From the IMG/VR virus record IMGVR_UViG_3300033075_001674, positions 32,001 through 96,000 of that record: a stretch of DNA of 64,000 nt. One strand, given 5' to 3'. Shown here piece by piece: positions 21,245-31,059 of the stretch. Source of the DNA: a virus. Taxonomy: Duplodnaviria > Caudoviricetes. The position numbers and the translations under genes were made by a program. Each line of letters begins with the position of its first letter. Within the stretch, counting starts at the first letter, position 1. The notes below the pieces were generated by a model. It ran no database searches, was not told the origin of the DNA, and saw only the letters and a list, made by a program, of their open reading frames with translations.

Positions 21245-21700
21245 ATGAAAACCTACATCACCCTCACCCTGCTGCTGTCGATGCTCACTACCACGCTCCC
21301 CAGCTTTGCCGAGCCTCCAACCCCCTGGCGCCCCGAGCCGATTCCGCCGGGGGAAGATGTGATCGTTCCGCTGCGTAAGGAGGGGGCTGCCCCCTTTGAT
21401 GGCGTGCTGTTCGACCCCGACACGGCCAGGCGCTGGGCCGGCTACATCCAGCAGGCCAAGGACGTCGTGGCCCGGGAGAGAGATGCACACGACCGTGTTC
21501 TCGCGATCGAGCTCAAGCGAGCCCGTGACACCCAGGCGCTGCTCCTGGAGGCGAAGAACCGCGACCTGCTCCTGTCTCTGCAGCGCATCCAGGAGCTAGA
21601 GAAGAAGGCAGCCCAGCCCCAGCCGTTCTACCAGACGCCCTGGTTCGGGGCGTCTGTAGCGGCGGTACTGCTTGCGGGGGGCTACCTCCTGTTCAAGTGA
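21245..21700 (+). CDS. secreted/membrane coiled-coil protein (possible lysis accessory)
   Basis: Signal peptide, APFDGVL segment, coiled coil, C-terminal TM helix. Confidence 0.55.
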   Translation: MKTYITLTLLLSMLTTTLPSFAEPPTPWRPEPIPPGEDVIVPLRKEGAAPFDGVLFDPDTARRWAGYIQQAKDVVARERDAHDRVLAIELKRARDTQALLLEAKNRDLLLSLQRIQELEKKAAQPQPFYQTPWFGASVAAVLLAGGYLLFK

Positions 21701-22436
21701 CGGTGCCTGCCTCCTTGGCGCACTCGTGCTCGAAGTCATCGGGCTCCACCCCGAGCATCGCGGTGGCGATCCGGAGCAGCATCCGGTTCTGGACCCGGAT
21801 GTTGTGGTCGAGCCGCTTCACGTGCGCCTCCAGCTCCTCGATGCTCGTCGTGATCCCCGTCTCCTCGCTCTCGATAGCCCCCTCGATACGGGCCGACGCC
21901 TTGAGCAGGATGTCGACCTTGCCCTGGACAGCGCTCGCTTGAGACGCAGCGGTGGCAGCGTTCGAGGCGAGCGTGGCGAACTCCTGGGTGTGCACCACGG
22001 ATACCTCGGGGGCGGGGGCGCCCACAGGTGCGGGCGGGGGAGCGGCCGAGGTAGCCACGGCGCCGGCGGCCCGAGCCTTGCGGCTCTTCGCAGGAGCTGG
22101 TGGCGGGGTAGGTGCGGGATCCGGGTCAGGGGCGATGATGGCCGCCTCCACCGGGGCTTCCTCCATCGGGGGAGGGGCTTCCTCCATCGGGGGAGGCACC
22201 GCGCCGTCGGACCGCACCTTGCGCAGCAGCTCTTGCACGCGCTCCCGGAGGAGCTGGTCCGAGAGCCTCGACACGTCGTGGCGCTCTTCGGGGCCGATCA
22301 TGCCGGCCTTCACCAGATCCGCCAGGAGCAGGAGCAAGGCGAGGCGGGGGTTCTGCTTGCTCTTGAGAACCTGCTCGAACTCCTCGGGACCCATCGCAGC
22401 AGCCGTCTCCAGGGGGATCTTCGCTGCATCGATCAT
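21693..22436 (-). CDS. hypothetical protein (Pro/Ala linker, coiled coil)
   Basis: Start re-called at MIDAAK; contains a 21-bp tandem duplication (PPPMEEA x2). Confidence 0.65.
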   Translation of the reverse strand: MIDAAKIPLETAAAMGPEEFEQVLKSKQNPRLALLLLLADLVKAGMIGPEERHDVSRLSDQLLRERVQELLRKVRSDGAVPPPMEEAPPPMEEAPVEAAIIAPDPDPAPTPPPAPAKSRKARAAGAVATSAAPPPAPVGAPAPEVSVVHTQEFATLASNAATAASQASAVQGKVDILLKASARIEGAIESEETGITTSIEELEAHVKRLDHNIRVQNRMLLRIATAMLGVEPDDFEHECAKEAGTVT

Positions 22437-22444
22437 CGTAGTGC

Positions 22445-22756
22445 TCAACGTTCCATCTCCTCGCGCGCCACACCGTCTTGGGTGGCCACGCAGTACAAGA
22501 CCTGGGACTCGGGACACCCGTAACACGCACGGGGGTCCCCGCTCTTGGCAGGGCACTGGAGCTGTGAGCGGGCGACGCTCCAGTGCTTCAACAGGTACCG
22601 CATGATCCCGTCGCGGAGACGGTTCACGGGGTCCGGTTCGGGGAGGGCAAGACCCTCAAGGGTTTTTTCTAGCTCCTCCGCGCTTGCGTCGCTGCGGGTC
22701 GACAGGCCCGCTCGCTCGCATAGTTGCTTCAGCTCGGTTCTGTTCGGTTGACTCAT
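22445..22756 (-). CDS. hypothetical protein with SAP-like N-terminus and Cys cluster
   Basis: NRTELKQLCERAGL...; C-x8-CxxC-x7-C. Confidence 0.65.
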   Translation of the reverse strand: MSQPNRTELKQLCERAGLSTRSDASAEELEKTLEGLALPEPDPVNRLRDGIMRYLLKHWSVARSQLQCPAKSGDPRACYGCPESQVLYCVATQDGVAREEMER

Positions 22757-23159
22757 ACTTCTCTAGCTCCACACAGGCATGGGGTGCGATCCCCTGGACT
22801 GTGAAACGCTCTACCTCCAGTCTCTGCACCTGGCTGTCGTCCAGCCCGAGTGCCTCGAAGACAGCATCCTCCAGGACCTTGATCCGGTTGGAGATGTCAA
22901 CCGCCTTATGCCGGTGTTCCGCCGCTTTTGGCCAACCCTTGGAGAAGAACAGCTCCGGGGGGCCGAAGAGGTGGATCCGCATGAGAAGGTTGTCATCCCT
23001 CCCCAGCGAAGAGGTGGAGCCCAGGTGCTCCCGCAACACCTCCGCACGCACCTCTACCTTGAACCGCTTGGCCTCTTTCGTGAGAAAGCGACCCTTTCCT
23101 CTGGCCTGGTTCACCCACGCGTGGTTCAGGCTCATCGGGAAGGGGACCACGAGCCTCAT
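22656..23159 (-). CDS. rusA: RusA-like Holliday junction resolvase
   Basis: PMSLNHAW, DISNRIKVLEDA and GLDDSQV are RusA catalytic motifs. Confidence 0.85.
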   Translation of the reverse strand: MRLVVPFPMSLNHAWVNQARGKGRFLTKEAKRFKVEVRAEVLREHLGSTSSLGRDDNLLMRIHLFGPPELFFSKGWPKAAEHRHKAVDISNRIKVLEDAVFEALGLDDSQVQRLEVERFTVQGIAPHACVELEKYESTEQNRAEATMRASGPVDPQRRKRGGARKNP

Positions 23160-23770
23160 CGGGGGAGGCCGAAGGGGGAGGAGTTACCCCCCCTGTTCTG
23201 CGTTTGCAGGAGCACGTCCTGCTCCCGGACGGCCACGTATCGGCTCACCGCGCGAAGACCGGCTTCGATCTTGGAGCGGAACGCCTCCAGCAGGTTGAGG
23301 GTCTGCCGCTCGATCTGTGCCCTGTACTCAGCCTCCACCACCGCGGGGTGAGTGATGACCGTGGTGTCGAGCTCCTCCTGGGTCCTGATCTCCTTCGTCT
23401 TGTAGCGGTGGTAGCCGTTCTTCCGGACGAAGGCTTTCGCCGCTGTCAGCGCGTTCTCCGCCCCGAGCAAGGCGTTCTTCGTCACGGCTACCTTTGTGAC
23501 GATGATGCCGTGCCAGTAGAGAAGCTCGTTGTTGATGCGCTCGTACTCCGCGGTGCTGCTCCTGCCGAGCACCTCCAGGTTCACCGTCGGGAACTCTCGC
23601 TCTGCCTTGGTGTTGAGCAGGGAGTCTACGGGGATCCCGCCCTCCACAAGGCGCTCCCGAACGGTGGAGTCCGTGCTCTGGAAGAGATCAATCCGGGCCT
23701 GGATCTCACTGTCGGGGACGAGGGTTCCCTGCAGCCTGGGCAGCCCGGTGCTGCTGTCGTAATCGCTCAT
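23156..23770 (-). CDS. helical hypothetical protein (possible recombination mediator)
   Basis: Start at MSDYDS via ATGA overlap; lies between nuclease and resolvase genes. Confidence 0.6.
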   Translation of the reverse strand: MSDYDSSTGLPRLQGTLVPDSEIQARIDLFQSTDSTVRERLVEGGIPVDSLLNTKAEREFPTVNLEVLGRSSTAEYERINNELLYWHGIIVTKVAVTKNALLGAENALTAAKAFVRKNGYHRYKTKEIRTQEELDTTVITHPAVVEAEYRAQIERQTLNLLEAFRSKIEAGLRAVSRYVAVREQDVLLQTQNRGGNSSPFGLPR

Positions 23771-24555
23771 TTCTTCCACTCCCACTGGGTTGGGGTCGCA
23801 GGTGAGCCGCTGTCCCTGCACAGGTGCCGGTAGCTGCAGGCCATGCAGGTGCCTGACTTCGCGGCCCCCGGCAGGCTGTAGGGGTTCGTCTCGGCGTTGG
23901 CTTGCAGGATGCGTTGGCGCAGCTTGTCCCAGCGCCCGTGCTCGAACACGTAGGTGAAGGGGACCTTGAACGGGGTCCACTCCCCGGAGGACTTGCTGAC
24001 GTAGGCGAAGTACATCAGGGGTAGGTCCAGGGCGGCCATGTAGACCGTGGCCTGGTCCAGGTGCTCCTCCTTGGGCTCCGTTATCTTCTTCCAGGCGTCG
24101 TGGTCCTCCGTCTTGATCTCCAACCCGATGCGGGCGATAGGCGCCCCCTCATCGTTGTGGAAGGTGAACACCCCGTCGGCCTTGCTGCGCAGGTTGAGCT
24201 CCTTTCCAAGAGAGGTGTCCGCCAGCTCCACCTCCTCCTCGAAGGAGATGTTGCCGGTCTTAGCCCCCACCTTGAGGGCGCTCTGCACCATGTCGTGGAT
24301 GGCGTGGCCCAGGGCGAACCTCTTCTTGAGGTCCACGTTTTTCAGCGAAGGGGGGCCGACCTTGGATGCCCCGTTCAGGGTGAAGCGGACCTTGCGGACG
24401 CAGCTGGCCACCTCGCTGGCGTGAACACCGGGTAGCCTCGCTGGTTTGCTGGCCTCCTGCTCACGCAACCCCTTGTCGTAGAGTGGTTTGGGGTTGAACG
24501 CAGGGTCCTGCAGGATGGCGAAGGCGATTTTTGTGTCTGCGATGGATAGGAACAT
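23767..24555 (-). CDS. PD-(D/E)XK Cas4-like exonuclease
   Basis: ASEVASCVRK, GHAIHD, ADG...LEIKT, QATVYM and C-terminal CMACSYRHLC (four-Cys Fe-S pattern). Confidence 0.85.
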   Translation of the reverse strand: MFLSIADTKIAFAILQDPAFNPKPLYDKGLREQEASKPARLPGVHASEVASCVRKVRFTLNGASKVGPPSLKNVDLKKRFALGHAIHDMVQSALKVGAKTGNISFEEEVELADTSLGKELNLRSKADGVFTFHNDEGAPIARIGLEIKTEDHDAWKKITEPKEEHLDQATVYMAALDLPLMYFAYVSKSSGEWTPFKVPFTYVFEHGRWDKLRQRILQANAETNPYSLPGAAKSGTCMACSYRHLCRDSGSPATPTQWEWKK

Positions 24556-24574
24556 GCTCCCTCAGGAGCATGAG

Positions 24575-24751
24575 TAAGCGGCGCTCGAACGGCTCGCTAC
24601 CGTGGGTGGGACAGCGGGTGACCGGCCCATCCTGGATGACCCGGCTGTTGCACCTCGGGCAGCGAACCTCGGACGCGATCTTCCCCGTGTGCGGGGTGTC
24701 GGTCTCGACGGCGTACTTGCTCATGCCTTCGTTGTCGTTGTGGTTGTGCAT
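24575..24751 (-). CDS. small zinc-ribbon protein
   Basis: CPRC...CPTHGSEPFERR followed by TTA (24577-24575); standard-code end 24461 would overlap the nuclease gene by 95 nt. Start is 24751 or 24724. Confidence 0.65.
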
Positions 24752-24768
24752 GCGTCCAGAATAGACGC

Positions 24769-25281
24769 TTACTTGGCTTCGTACCAGGACTGGGCGAGCG
24801 TGGGCTCAGCCTTGAGCTTCACTCGCATCTTGTGGTTGAGCTTGCGGAACGGATCCTCCATGCAGCACTTGAGCATGCGCATGGCCTCCTCCTTGGTGTC
24901 CTCGGGCCCCTCGGTTATGAGCTCGTCGTGAATCTGGGCGAGCACGTTCCATCCGAGGCGCGTATCGAACCCGTTGTCGTAGAGCTGGATCATGGCCATC
25001 TTCGCGCACTCCGCGGCCGACCCCTGGATCTGGAAGTTGGCTGCCTGCCTCCCAGCCCTCCAGCGCTCGAACTCGTTCGGGCTGCGGGCCTCGGGCAATG
25101 ACCGCCTCCGACCCAGGATGGTCAGCACGTAGAGGTGCTTGTTCAGGAACTCTTGCGTCTCGGAGAAGAAACGCTCGACCGCCGGGTAGGTGTCCATGTA
25201 CTTGCGCATGAGCGCCTCGGCCTCCGTGAGGGAGATGCCGAGGGTGAGGGCCAGCTTCCTCACCTGCATTCCGTAGTTCAG
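24769..25281 (-). CDS. polA: DNA polymerase family A, exon 2
   Basis: LNYGM...TILGRRR...AANFQIQGSAA...QIHDEL (end of motif B and motif C). Confidence 0.92.
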   Translation of the reverse strand: MNYGMQVRKLALTLGISLTEAEALMRKYMDTYPAVERFFSETQEFLNKHLYVLTILGRRRSLPEARSPNEFERWRAGRQAANFQIQGSAAECAKMAMIQLYDNGFDTRLGWNVLAQIHDELITEGPEDTKEEAMRMLKCCMEDPFRKLNHKMRVKLKAEPTLAQSWYEAK

Positions 25282-26013
25282 CGTAGGACTCCCCTGTTTC
25301 CAGGGGTACTGACTATGCCTTCGTGGCCCCGCACCCCTTGCACCGAAGCTGCCTGGCTCCGGTTGGGGTGAACACACCGCCGCAAGAAGAACAAGAACGA
25401 TTCCGAAACACGACCCGAGCCGGCAGATTGCTGGCGCAGCCGTGCAGAAGCTGGTGGCATCGTTTACACATGGGCTGGAGGTTGGCAGGGTCGTTGTTGG
25501 ACCTGTCCTCGTCCCTGTGGTGCACGAGCACCGCTCGCTCTCCGCACCCACACGTTGTGCCGTGGGCGCGGAAGCACAGCTCTCGGTAGTACGCGGGAGA
25601 GCGCCCCCCTGACCAGACAGGGTTCTTCTCTCCTCGCTGATCCCGAGACCGCTTCGGTACGTTCTTCTCTCTCCACTCTTGCTGGAGCTTTTGAGCGCGT
25701 GACTTCCGGCATACGGGACACCTCGGACAGTTCGCCCCCGTGGGAGTGAACGCCGACCCGCAGCCGCACCGTTTCGGTTCGTACACTTTCCGTTGAAGCA
25801 TACCCCGGTGTAGCGCTTTGACGGGACAACGCCCCCCGTATCAAGGATGCCGTGGGCATGACTAGCCTCGCACCTGCGTGTGCGCATCCTTGAGGGCCGG
25901 TGCCGGCCCAAGTCGATACGCTCCTCGGTGGGGAGGAGCACGGTGTTGCCGTGGGCTTTCGCCGTTAGGGTTCGCCGTTTTGAGGGGGTTTTAGTACGGC
26001 CCAACATTCGTCA
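25282..26013 (-). mobile_element. group I intron (IA2-like) in DNA polymerase motif B
   Basis: Exon end GTACGGT pairs with intron GCCGTAC (U.G at the 5' splice site). P4 AAACGGCGAA/AACACCGTG, P6 GCTCCTC/GAGGAGC, P7 GACT/AGTC, extra P7.1 and P7.2 hairpins, P9 CCCCTG-GAAA-CAGGGG, terminal G. Splicing restores KTIAYG|LNYG. Confidence 0.92.
25313..25801 (-). CDS. intron-encoded HNH homing endonuclease
   Basis: VHHRDEDRSNNDPANLQPMCKRCHQLLH, GEKNPVWSGG and two zinc-finger repeats; lies in the P8 loop, with its TAG stop inside J8/7-P7. Confidence 0.85.
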   Translation of the reverse strand: MLQRKVYEPKRCGCGSAFTPTGANCPRCPVCRKSRAQKLQQEWREKNVPKRSRDQRGEKNPVWSGGRSPAYYRELCFRAHGTTCGCGERAVLVHHRDEDRSNNDPANLQPMCKRCHQLLHGCASNLPARVVFRNRSCSSCGGVFTPTGARQLRCKGCGATKA

Positions 26014-27468
26014 ACCGTACGCGATCGTCTTCACAGCTTGCCGTTGGCGGAGTGCTTCGATCGCCCAGGCGTCCAAGTGCGTGAGCTTGCCGGATTTGAG
26101 GTCCTTCTCCAGGGCCTTGGCCTCTTTGAGCTTCTCGTAAGGGGTGCCAAACACGAAGCTCGCGTTCCCCATGTGAGCGTCCAGCCCCTGCTCGAAGATG
26201 CGCAACATCTTCTCGTCGCCACTGGCCTCCGCCAGAAGCATCATCTCCAGCGCGGTGTAGTCGGCTACACCCAGGCAGTACCCTTTCATGTTCGCCACGA
26301 TGGCGCGTCGAATGCCGAAGACGTCGTGATCCGGGTGCACGATGTTTTGTGCGTTGGGGTTCTTCGACGACAGGCGACCCGTCACCGCCTCGTTCTGGTT
26401 GTAGGATGGGTGGATGCGCCCGTAGTTGTCCGCAGCGGCGAGCGCCTTGAGGAAGGTGCCTTTGAGGTTGTGCAAGTGCTTGGCCTCGACGATGAGCTTT
26501 GCTGCAGGGTCTCCGGTCTCCAGGGCCAGCTCTTCCAGCACGCCTTTCTCCGTGGATGGCTTCTGGACCCCAGTCTTGCCGCCGCTCGTCCATTTGCGGA
26601 TCGTGTACCCCCTCTCTTCGTAGAGGTAGTGGGCGATCTGCTCGCTTGCGTGGGGGCTGATGGGCCGCCCCACCGCCTGAGTCAGCCGCCGGATGACCGT
26701 CTCCTCTTCCTTCGTGATCTCGTTGTGGAGACGCTCCACCTCCTTCTGGTCCACCCCCAGACCGAGGCGCTCGTTGATCCAGAGGACCCGGGTGAAGGGG
26801 GCCTCGGTGAGATCGAAGTAGTCCCAGAGGTTCCGGATCTTGTCCTGCACCACGCTCCAGGTGGGCGTCGCCTCCATGCGCTTGCGCAGCTCCTTGTAGA
26901 GCATCAGCGTCCCATAGGCGTCGTTGCAGATGTACTCCAGGAGGCGGTTGAGGTCGGTCTTCTCGGCCGCTCGCAGGCGAGCAGCGATGGTGTCGTTCGG
27001 GTCGCGCGAGTTGGTCTTACCGAAGGTCTCCTCGAAGCCTGCCCAGGTCCAACCGAAGATCTGGTAGTGGATGTCCTTCAGCTTGTGGCTCATGTCCTCG
27101 TACAGCAGAGCGTGTTGCACGGCGATGTCGTTGATCACCCCACGCAGCTGCACCCCGCTGTTGGCGAGCATGTGGAGGTCGAACTTTGCGTTCGCCAGAA
27201 GCCAGCGCCGATCCGGGGATGAACGCATCAGCCGGGTGTACCTTGCGAGCAGGTCAGACCGAAGACCCATCCTTCGGATGCCGCTGTCGGTCTCAGCGGC
27301 GAGGGACCAGTAGACCACGTAGTCCTTCATGTTGTGGAGGCCGGTGGTCTCGGTATCGATGGCGATCTCCTTGCATCGACTCAGGATGTTGCCCAGCTCC
27401 GTGAGGGCGCGCTCGGAAGAGTCGCCGGTGTACCACTCCGCTGCCGGCATGTTCACGTGAATAGCCAT
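26014..27468 (-). CDS. polA: DNA polymerase family A, exon 1 (3'-5' exonuclease and polymerase N-part)
   Basis: DTETTG, NAKFD, YICND exonuclease motifs; TGRLSSKNPNAQN; ADYTALE (motif A); RQAVKTIAYG. SD AGGAG before ATG 27468. Confidence 0.93.
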
Positions 27469-27478
27469 GCTTGCTCCT

Positions 27479-27530
27479 AAAAAGAAGCCCATCCCCAGAC
27501 ACCCGTGAAGGCATGTCTGGGGATGGGCTT
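27479..27530 (-). terminator. intrinsic terminator between SSB and polymerase genes
   Basis: 17-bp perfect inverted repeat (27485-27501 / 27514-27530) followed by CTTTTT on the minus strand. Confidence 0.75.
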
Positions 27531-27553
27531 TGGTCAGGGTTACCTGCTCTGGA

Positions 27554-28669
27554 TCAGAACGGCATGTCGTCCGAGAGGTCCTCCGGCGGAGGCATCACGA
27601 CCTGGGTGCTGCCGTGCGAGGCCATCGCGGGGGGCTTGCCGAAGACCTTCGCCTGCTGCTGGGCGGTGGCGGGGGCCATCTTCTCCAGCAAGTCAGCCGT
27701 CTCGAACAGCGCAGGATCGAACCGCAGCTCCTTGTTCGGGAGTCGCTCATCCTTCATCTCCGCCAGCGGCCTCCAGTCCTTCAGCGTGTAGGCGTAGGGG
27801 GGGCGCTGCCCAGGCTTGGCGGGAGCCCCGGCGACGATCGCCTCCAGCCGAACCGCGGTGTTGAACAGGTGGGCACGGCTGGCCTTCGACTCGCAAGCCG
27901 CACACACGTCACCGTCAGGGGTCGGCATCACCGTGTCCTCGGCCTTGCACACCACGCAGTACCGGCGCAGCTTCTCGTCGATGCTCGCTCCGGAGTCAAC
28001 TCCAGCCCCCCCGAAGAACATCGCGAGGCGAGCCCGGCTGAGAGAGAACAGGAAGGCCATGCCGTGCTTCTGCTTGAGCTTCTGCAGGGCCTCCTTCCCC
28101 TGGGGGGTGCGGAAGTCGGGGAGGCGGGGGTCGCCGCGGAGAACCCACTCCCCGTAGGGGATGTTGGTGGCGGGGTTCACGTTCTTGCCGGCGACCTCGA
28201 AGAAGGTCTCCAGCACGGACATCGAGAGACCGAAGTCCTCGCTGCGGCCCACGGGCCCCTTGTTCTCGTAGTGCCCCCTGCCGGTCACGGGGTCGTCGAT
28301 CCACTCGCGGTTGCGGAAGTAGTCCTCGCAGCCGGAGCAGAGCTGGGATGCCAGCTCGGGGTTGTGGTAGTCCGGACCTCCCGAGCAGTTGAGGAAGGTG
28401 CGCTTTCCGGCGTGGTAGTGCCGGAAGATGCGGAGGAACGGACGGATCACGCGGGTCTCGTTCTTCTCCCGGTCGATAAAGATGTTCTCCCACTCCCCGT
28501 AGTGGAAGACCGCCCAGAAGGGCACGCCCATCTGGGGCTGGAAGTTGCGCAGGAAAGGCGTGCGAGCCTTCCCGCCGCCCCTCCCGGCTCCGGGGAGGTC
28601 AGCGAGGCCGGAGCTGGAGCCTCCGCCGAGGGAGGGGTAGTCATTGGGGTTCTTTCCGAAAGTGGTCAT
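27554..28669 (-). CDS. putative single-stranded DNA-binding protein
   Basis: Acidic C-terminus DLSDDMPF, His/Cys cluster, position between primase and polymerase. Start re-called at MTTFGK. Confidence 0.65.
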   Translation of the reverse strand: MTTFGKNPNDYPSLGGGSSSGLADLPGAGRGGGKARTPFLRNFQPQMGVPFWAVFHYGEWENIFIDREKNETRVIRPFLRIFRHYHAGKRTFLNCSGGPDYHNPELASQLCSGCEDYFRNREWIDDPVTGRGHYENKGPVGRSEDFGLSMSVLETFFEVAGKNVNPATNIPYGEWVLRGDPRLPDFRTPQGKEALQKLKQKHGMAFLFSLSRARLAMFFGGAGVDSGASIDEKLRRYCVVCKAEDTVMPTPDGDVCAACESKASRAHLFNTAVRLEAIVAGAPAKPGQRPPYAYTLKDWRPLAEMKDERLPNKELRFDPALFETADLLEKMAPATAQQQAKVFGKPPAMASHGSTQVVMPPPEDLSDDMPF

Positions 28670-29639
28670 GGGGAGTCCTTGTGGGGGAAATGTAGGGGGC
28701 GCAATGGATGGCCGATTCGGCCTGCGCACGTGTAAGGGTGTCAGGTTGGGGGGTTGGGTACTCGGGGACACGCACCGAGCAGCCGGTGTTCGCGAGACGC
28801 TCGCCGATGGCGAACTTCTTCTTGCCGGCAGCATCGTTGTCCAAGAAGAGGTACAGCGTGCCCCCGAGGCGCTCAAGCAGAGCGTGTTGCTGCTCGGACA
28901 TTGACGAGCCGAGTAGCGCGACCGTGTTCGTGAAGCCGAGCTGCACCAGCCACATGCATGCCTTGAACCCCTCCACCACAAGGATGGGGGCGTCGTAGAC
29001 GTGCATGAGGGCAGACGCCACTCGGTCGTAGTTCCATATGATTTTTCCTTTCTCTTCCAGTGGGGTGCTCGTGATCCCCCACGCCCCGTATTCCCGTTCT
29101 TTGTAGACTTTGTAGCGAGCCGGGTGGTCGTCCAGAGCTCGGCCGCTGAAGCCCACCAGGTTCCCCTGGAAGTCCCGGAGAGGGAACGTGATGCGCAGGT
29201 GCTTCTTGTCGTACCCCAGGTCGAAGGTCCTGAAGGTGCGGTAGCTGAACCCCCAGTCCAGGACGGCTTGCGGCATCCCGGGGTGGGTGTCGAACAGGCC
29301 GAGCACGGACTCAGGGAGCCGGTACCGGGCTTCGATGCGCGGGTCCGTGAGATAGAACCTGCCCTTCGCGGGGCCCTGGACGTCGAGCTCCTCGAAGAGC
29401 TTGGACGAGAGCGTGTCTTCCGGGAGACAGAGCTTGGAGAGCAGCTTGCGCATGCCCCCACCCTCCCCGCAGGTGTGGCAGAACCACTGCCCCGTCTGGA
29501 TCGAGAAGGCGAGGCTGCCCGTACGCTCGGGCCTCCCATCCTTCTGGTGGAACGGGCACACGACCATGAGGTCGTTGGGTCCGCTCCTCCTGCTCACCAC
29601 GAAGAGGGCTCGCGCGAACGCCTCCAGCTCAGGACGCAC
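28641..29639 (-). CDS. DnaG-like DNA primase
   Basis: CPFH...CHTC zinc finger, ITFP...VGFSGR, YKVY, TOPRIM VVEG and LDNDAAG. Confidence 0.9.
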   Translation of the reverse strand: MRPELEAFARALFVVSRRSGPNDLMVVCPFHQKDGRPERTGSLAFSIQTGQWFCHTCGEGGGMRKLLSKLCLPEDTLSSKLFEELDVQGPAKGRFYLTDPRIEARYRLPESVLGLFDTHPGMPQAVLDWGFSYRTFRTFDLGYDKKHLRITFPLRDFQGNLVGFSGRALDDHPARYKVYKEREYGAWGITSTPLEEKGKIIWNYDRVASALMHVYDAPILVVEGFKACMWLVQLGFTNTVALLGSSMSEQQHALLERLGGTLYLFLDNDAAGKKKFAIGERLANTGCSVRVPEYPTPQPDTLTRAQAESAIHCAPYISPTRTPHDHFRKEPQ

Positions 29640-31059
29640 TGCCCACCAGAGCGGTGATCTGGTCAGAGAGGGCGTCGTCGGCGGCTACCTTCTTCCGACG
29701 AGGCTTGGGCTGGGGCTCCGGTGGGGTGTAGGTCGGAGGGTCCATCGTGCTCTCGTCGTCCTCCTGAATGACTCGCTGAGCCTGGCTTTCCTGGATGGCT
29801 TCCAGGAAGGAGAAGTCGGTGCAGGGCACCGCGTTGATGCGGAAGTTGGGCACCGCGGTCTCCCGGGAGGTCCGCCAGAGGATGGTCGCCGTGTTGTCCA
29901 CCTTCGAGGCCGCGACCCTCATCAGGTGCGTGCAGTCCTGCCCCACCGAGTCGGAGAAGGCCACGTCGTCGCTCTCCCCTTCGGTGTCATCGATCGCTGC
30001 CTTGTTGCTGACCTTACGGTTCGCCTGGATGGTCCCGAGCACAGGCACGTGTTCGTAGAGAGCTACGCTACGAAGCGCCCTGCTGATACCCTGCACCCTC
30101 TCGTGATCGGCCTTGGTTTTCTGGGGGCTGCTCATCAGGTAGATGCCGTCGACCACCACGATCCGGGGGCGGTAGTGACGGATCTTGCCGAGGAGCCAGG
30201 CCACGGAGTCCATCCGGGAGGGAGCGTCCTGCCCGCTGACGCAGATGAGCCGGTAGTTCATCTGCTGGACCATCATCTCCACGTCGGCCACGGTCTGCTT
30301 CATCCGGGCGTAGTCGGAGTGGGACAGGTTGTAGGTAGTCAGGTCGGTGTACGGCAGGTTGGCGAGGAAGGCGAGGACGCGGCGCCAGATCTGCTCCTTC
30401 GGCATCTCCTTCGAGTAGACGAGCACGGGGTAGCCCGACAGGAAGTAGAACGACACGAAGAACAGGAGGAGGAAGCTTTTCTTGTTCTTCGGACGTCCGT
30501 AGAGGATCGCGTAATCCTCGTCCTCCATGCCGAGGGTCCAGCGGTTCCTGCGCAGCTCTGGCCAGGGCCAGGGGAGTACGGGCAGCTCCCCCCGCAATCC
30601 CTTGTCGTAGTTCTCCGCCGTGTCCCTGACGCCCGTATCCACCGAGCTGTCCGCGTTCTCGTGTCCCTGGTTCAGCAGCTCGGCTATCTGCTCCTGCACC
30701 CCTGCCAGGTAGGACAGGATGTTGGGGTTGTAGTTGTCGGTGAGGTCCCGGCTCATCCTCGCCCCGAGTGCCCGAGCCTCCCGTACCGCGCTCCCTTGCT
30801 TGCATGCCGCCACGAGGTCCTGGATGCGAGCGCTCCCGGGATCAGGGAGCTCGATCTCCGGGAAGTAGGAGGAGACCATGCTGAGCGAAGGGGTCTGTCC
30901 TCTGGTGGCGGCGTTCTCGTAGTAGTCCTGCAGGAACCCGTAGACGATGTTCCCCTCACCGGTAGCCAGGTGTTTCTCCGACAGCCCCCGCGCAGCGAGA
31001 TCGCCGAAGTTGCCCTCGCGGATGGTCTTGGAGAGCAGGATGAGGTCCAGGTTGCTCAC
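29629..31059 (-). CDS. DnaB-like replicative helicase
   Basis: YGRPKNKKS (variant Walker A), YSKEM, VVDGIYLM, QANR and AFSDSVGQD motifs. Confidence 0.87.
   Translation of the reverse strand: MSNLDLILLSKTIREGNFGDLAARGLSEKHLATGEGNIVYGFLQDYYENAATRGQTPSLSMVSSYFPEIELPDPGSARIQDLVAACKQGSAVREARALGARMSRDLTDNYNPNILSYLAGVQEQIAELLNQGHENADSSVDTGVRDTAENYDKGLRGELPVLPWPWPELRRNRWTLGMEDEDYAILYGRPKNKKSFLLLFFVSFYFLSGYPVLVYSKEMPKEQIWRRVLAFLANLPYTDLTTYNLSHSDYARMKQTVADVEMMVQQMNYRLICVSGQDAPSRMDSVAWLLGKIRHYRPRIVVVDGIYLMSSPQKTKADHERVQGISRALRSVALYEHVPVLGTIQANRKVSNKAAIDDTEGESDDVAFSDSVGQDCTHLMRVAASKVDNTATILWRTSRETAVPNFRINAVPCTDFSFLEAIQESQAQRVIQEDDESTMDPPTYTPPEPQPKPRRKKVAADDALSDQITALVGSAS

Noticed and set aside
22155-22197. 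21-bp tandem repeat as a functional element
   Set aside because: Two copies encoding PPPMEEA in a low-complexity linker; an ordinary slippage duplication.
23767-24555. CRISPR-Cas locus
   Set aside because: A solo Cas4-like nuclease in a replication operon; no repeat-spacer array or other cas genes seen.
24769-27492. Polymerase as a pseudogene or TGA-readthrough gene
   Set aside because: The interruption is fully explained by a group I intron with correct splice junctions.
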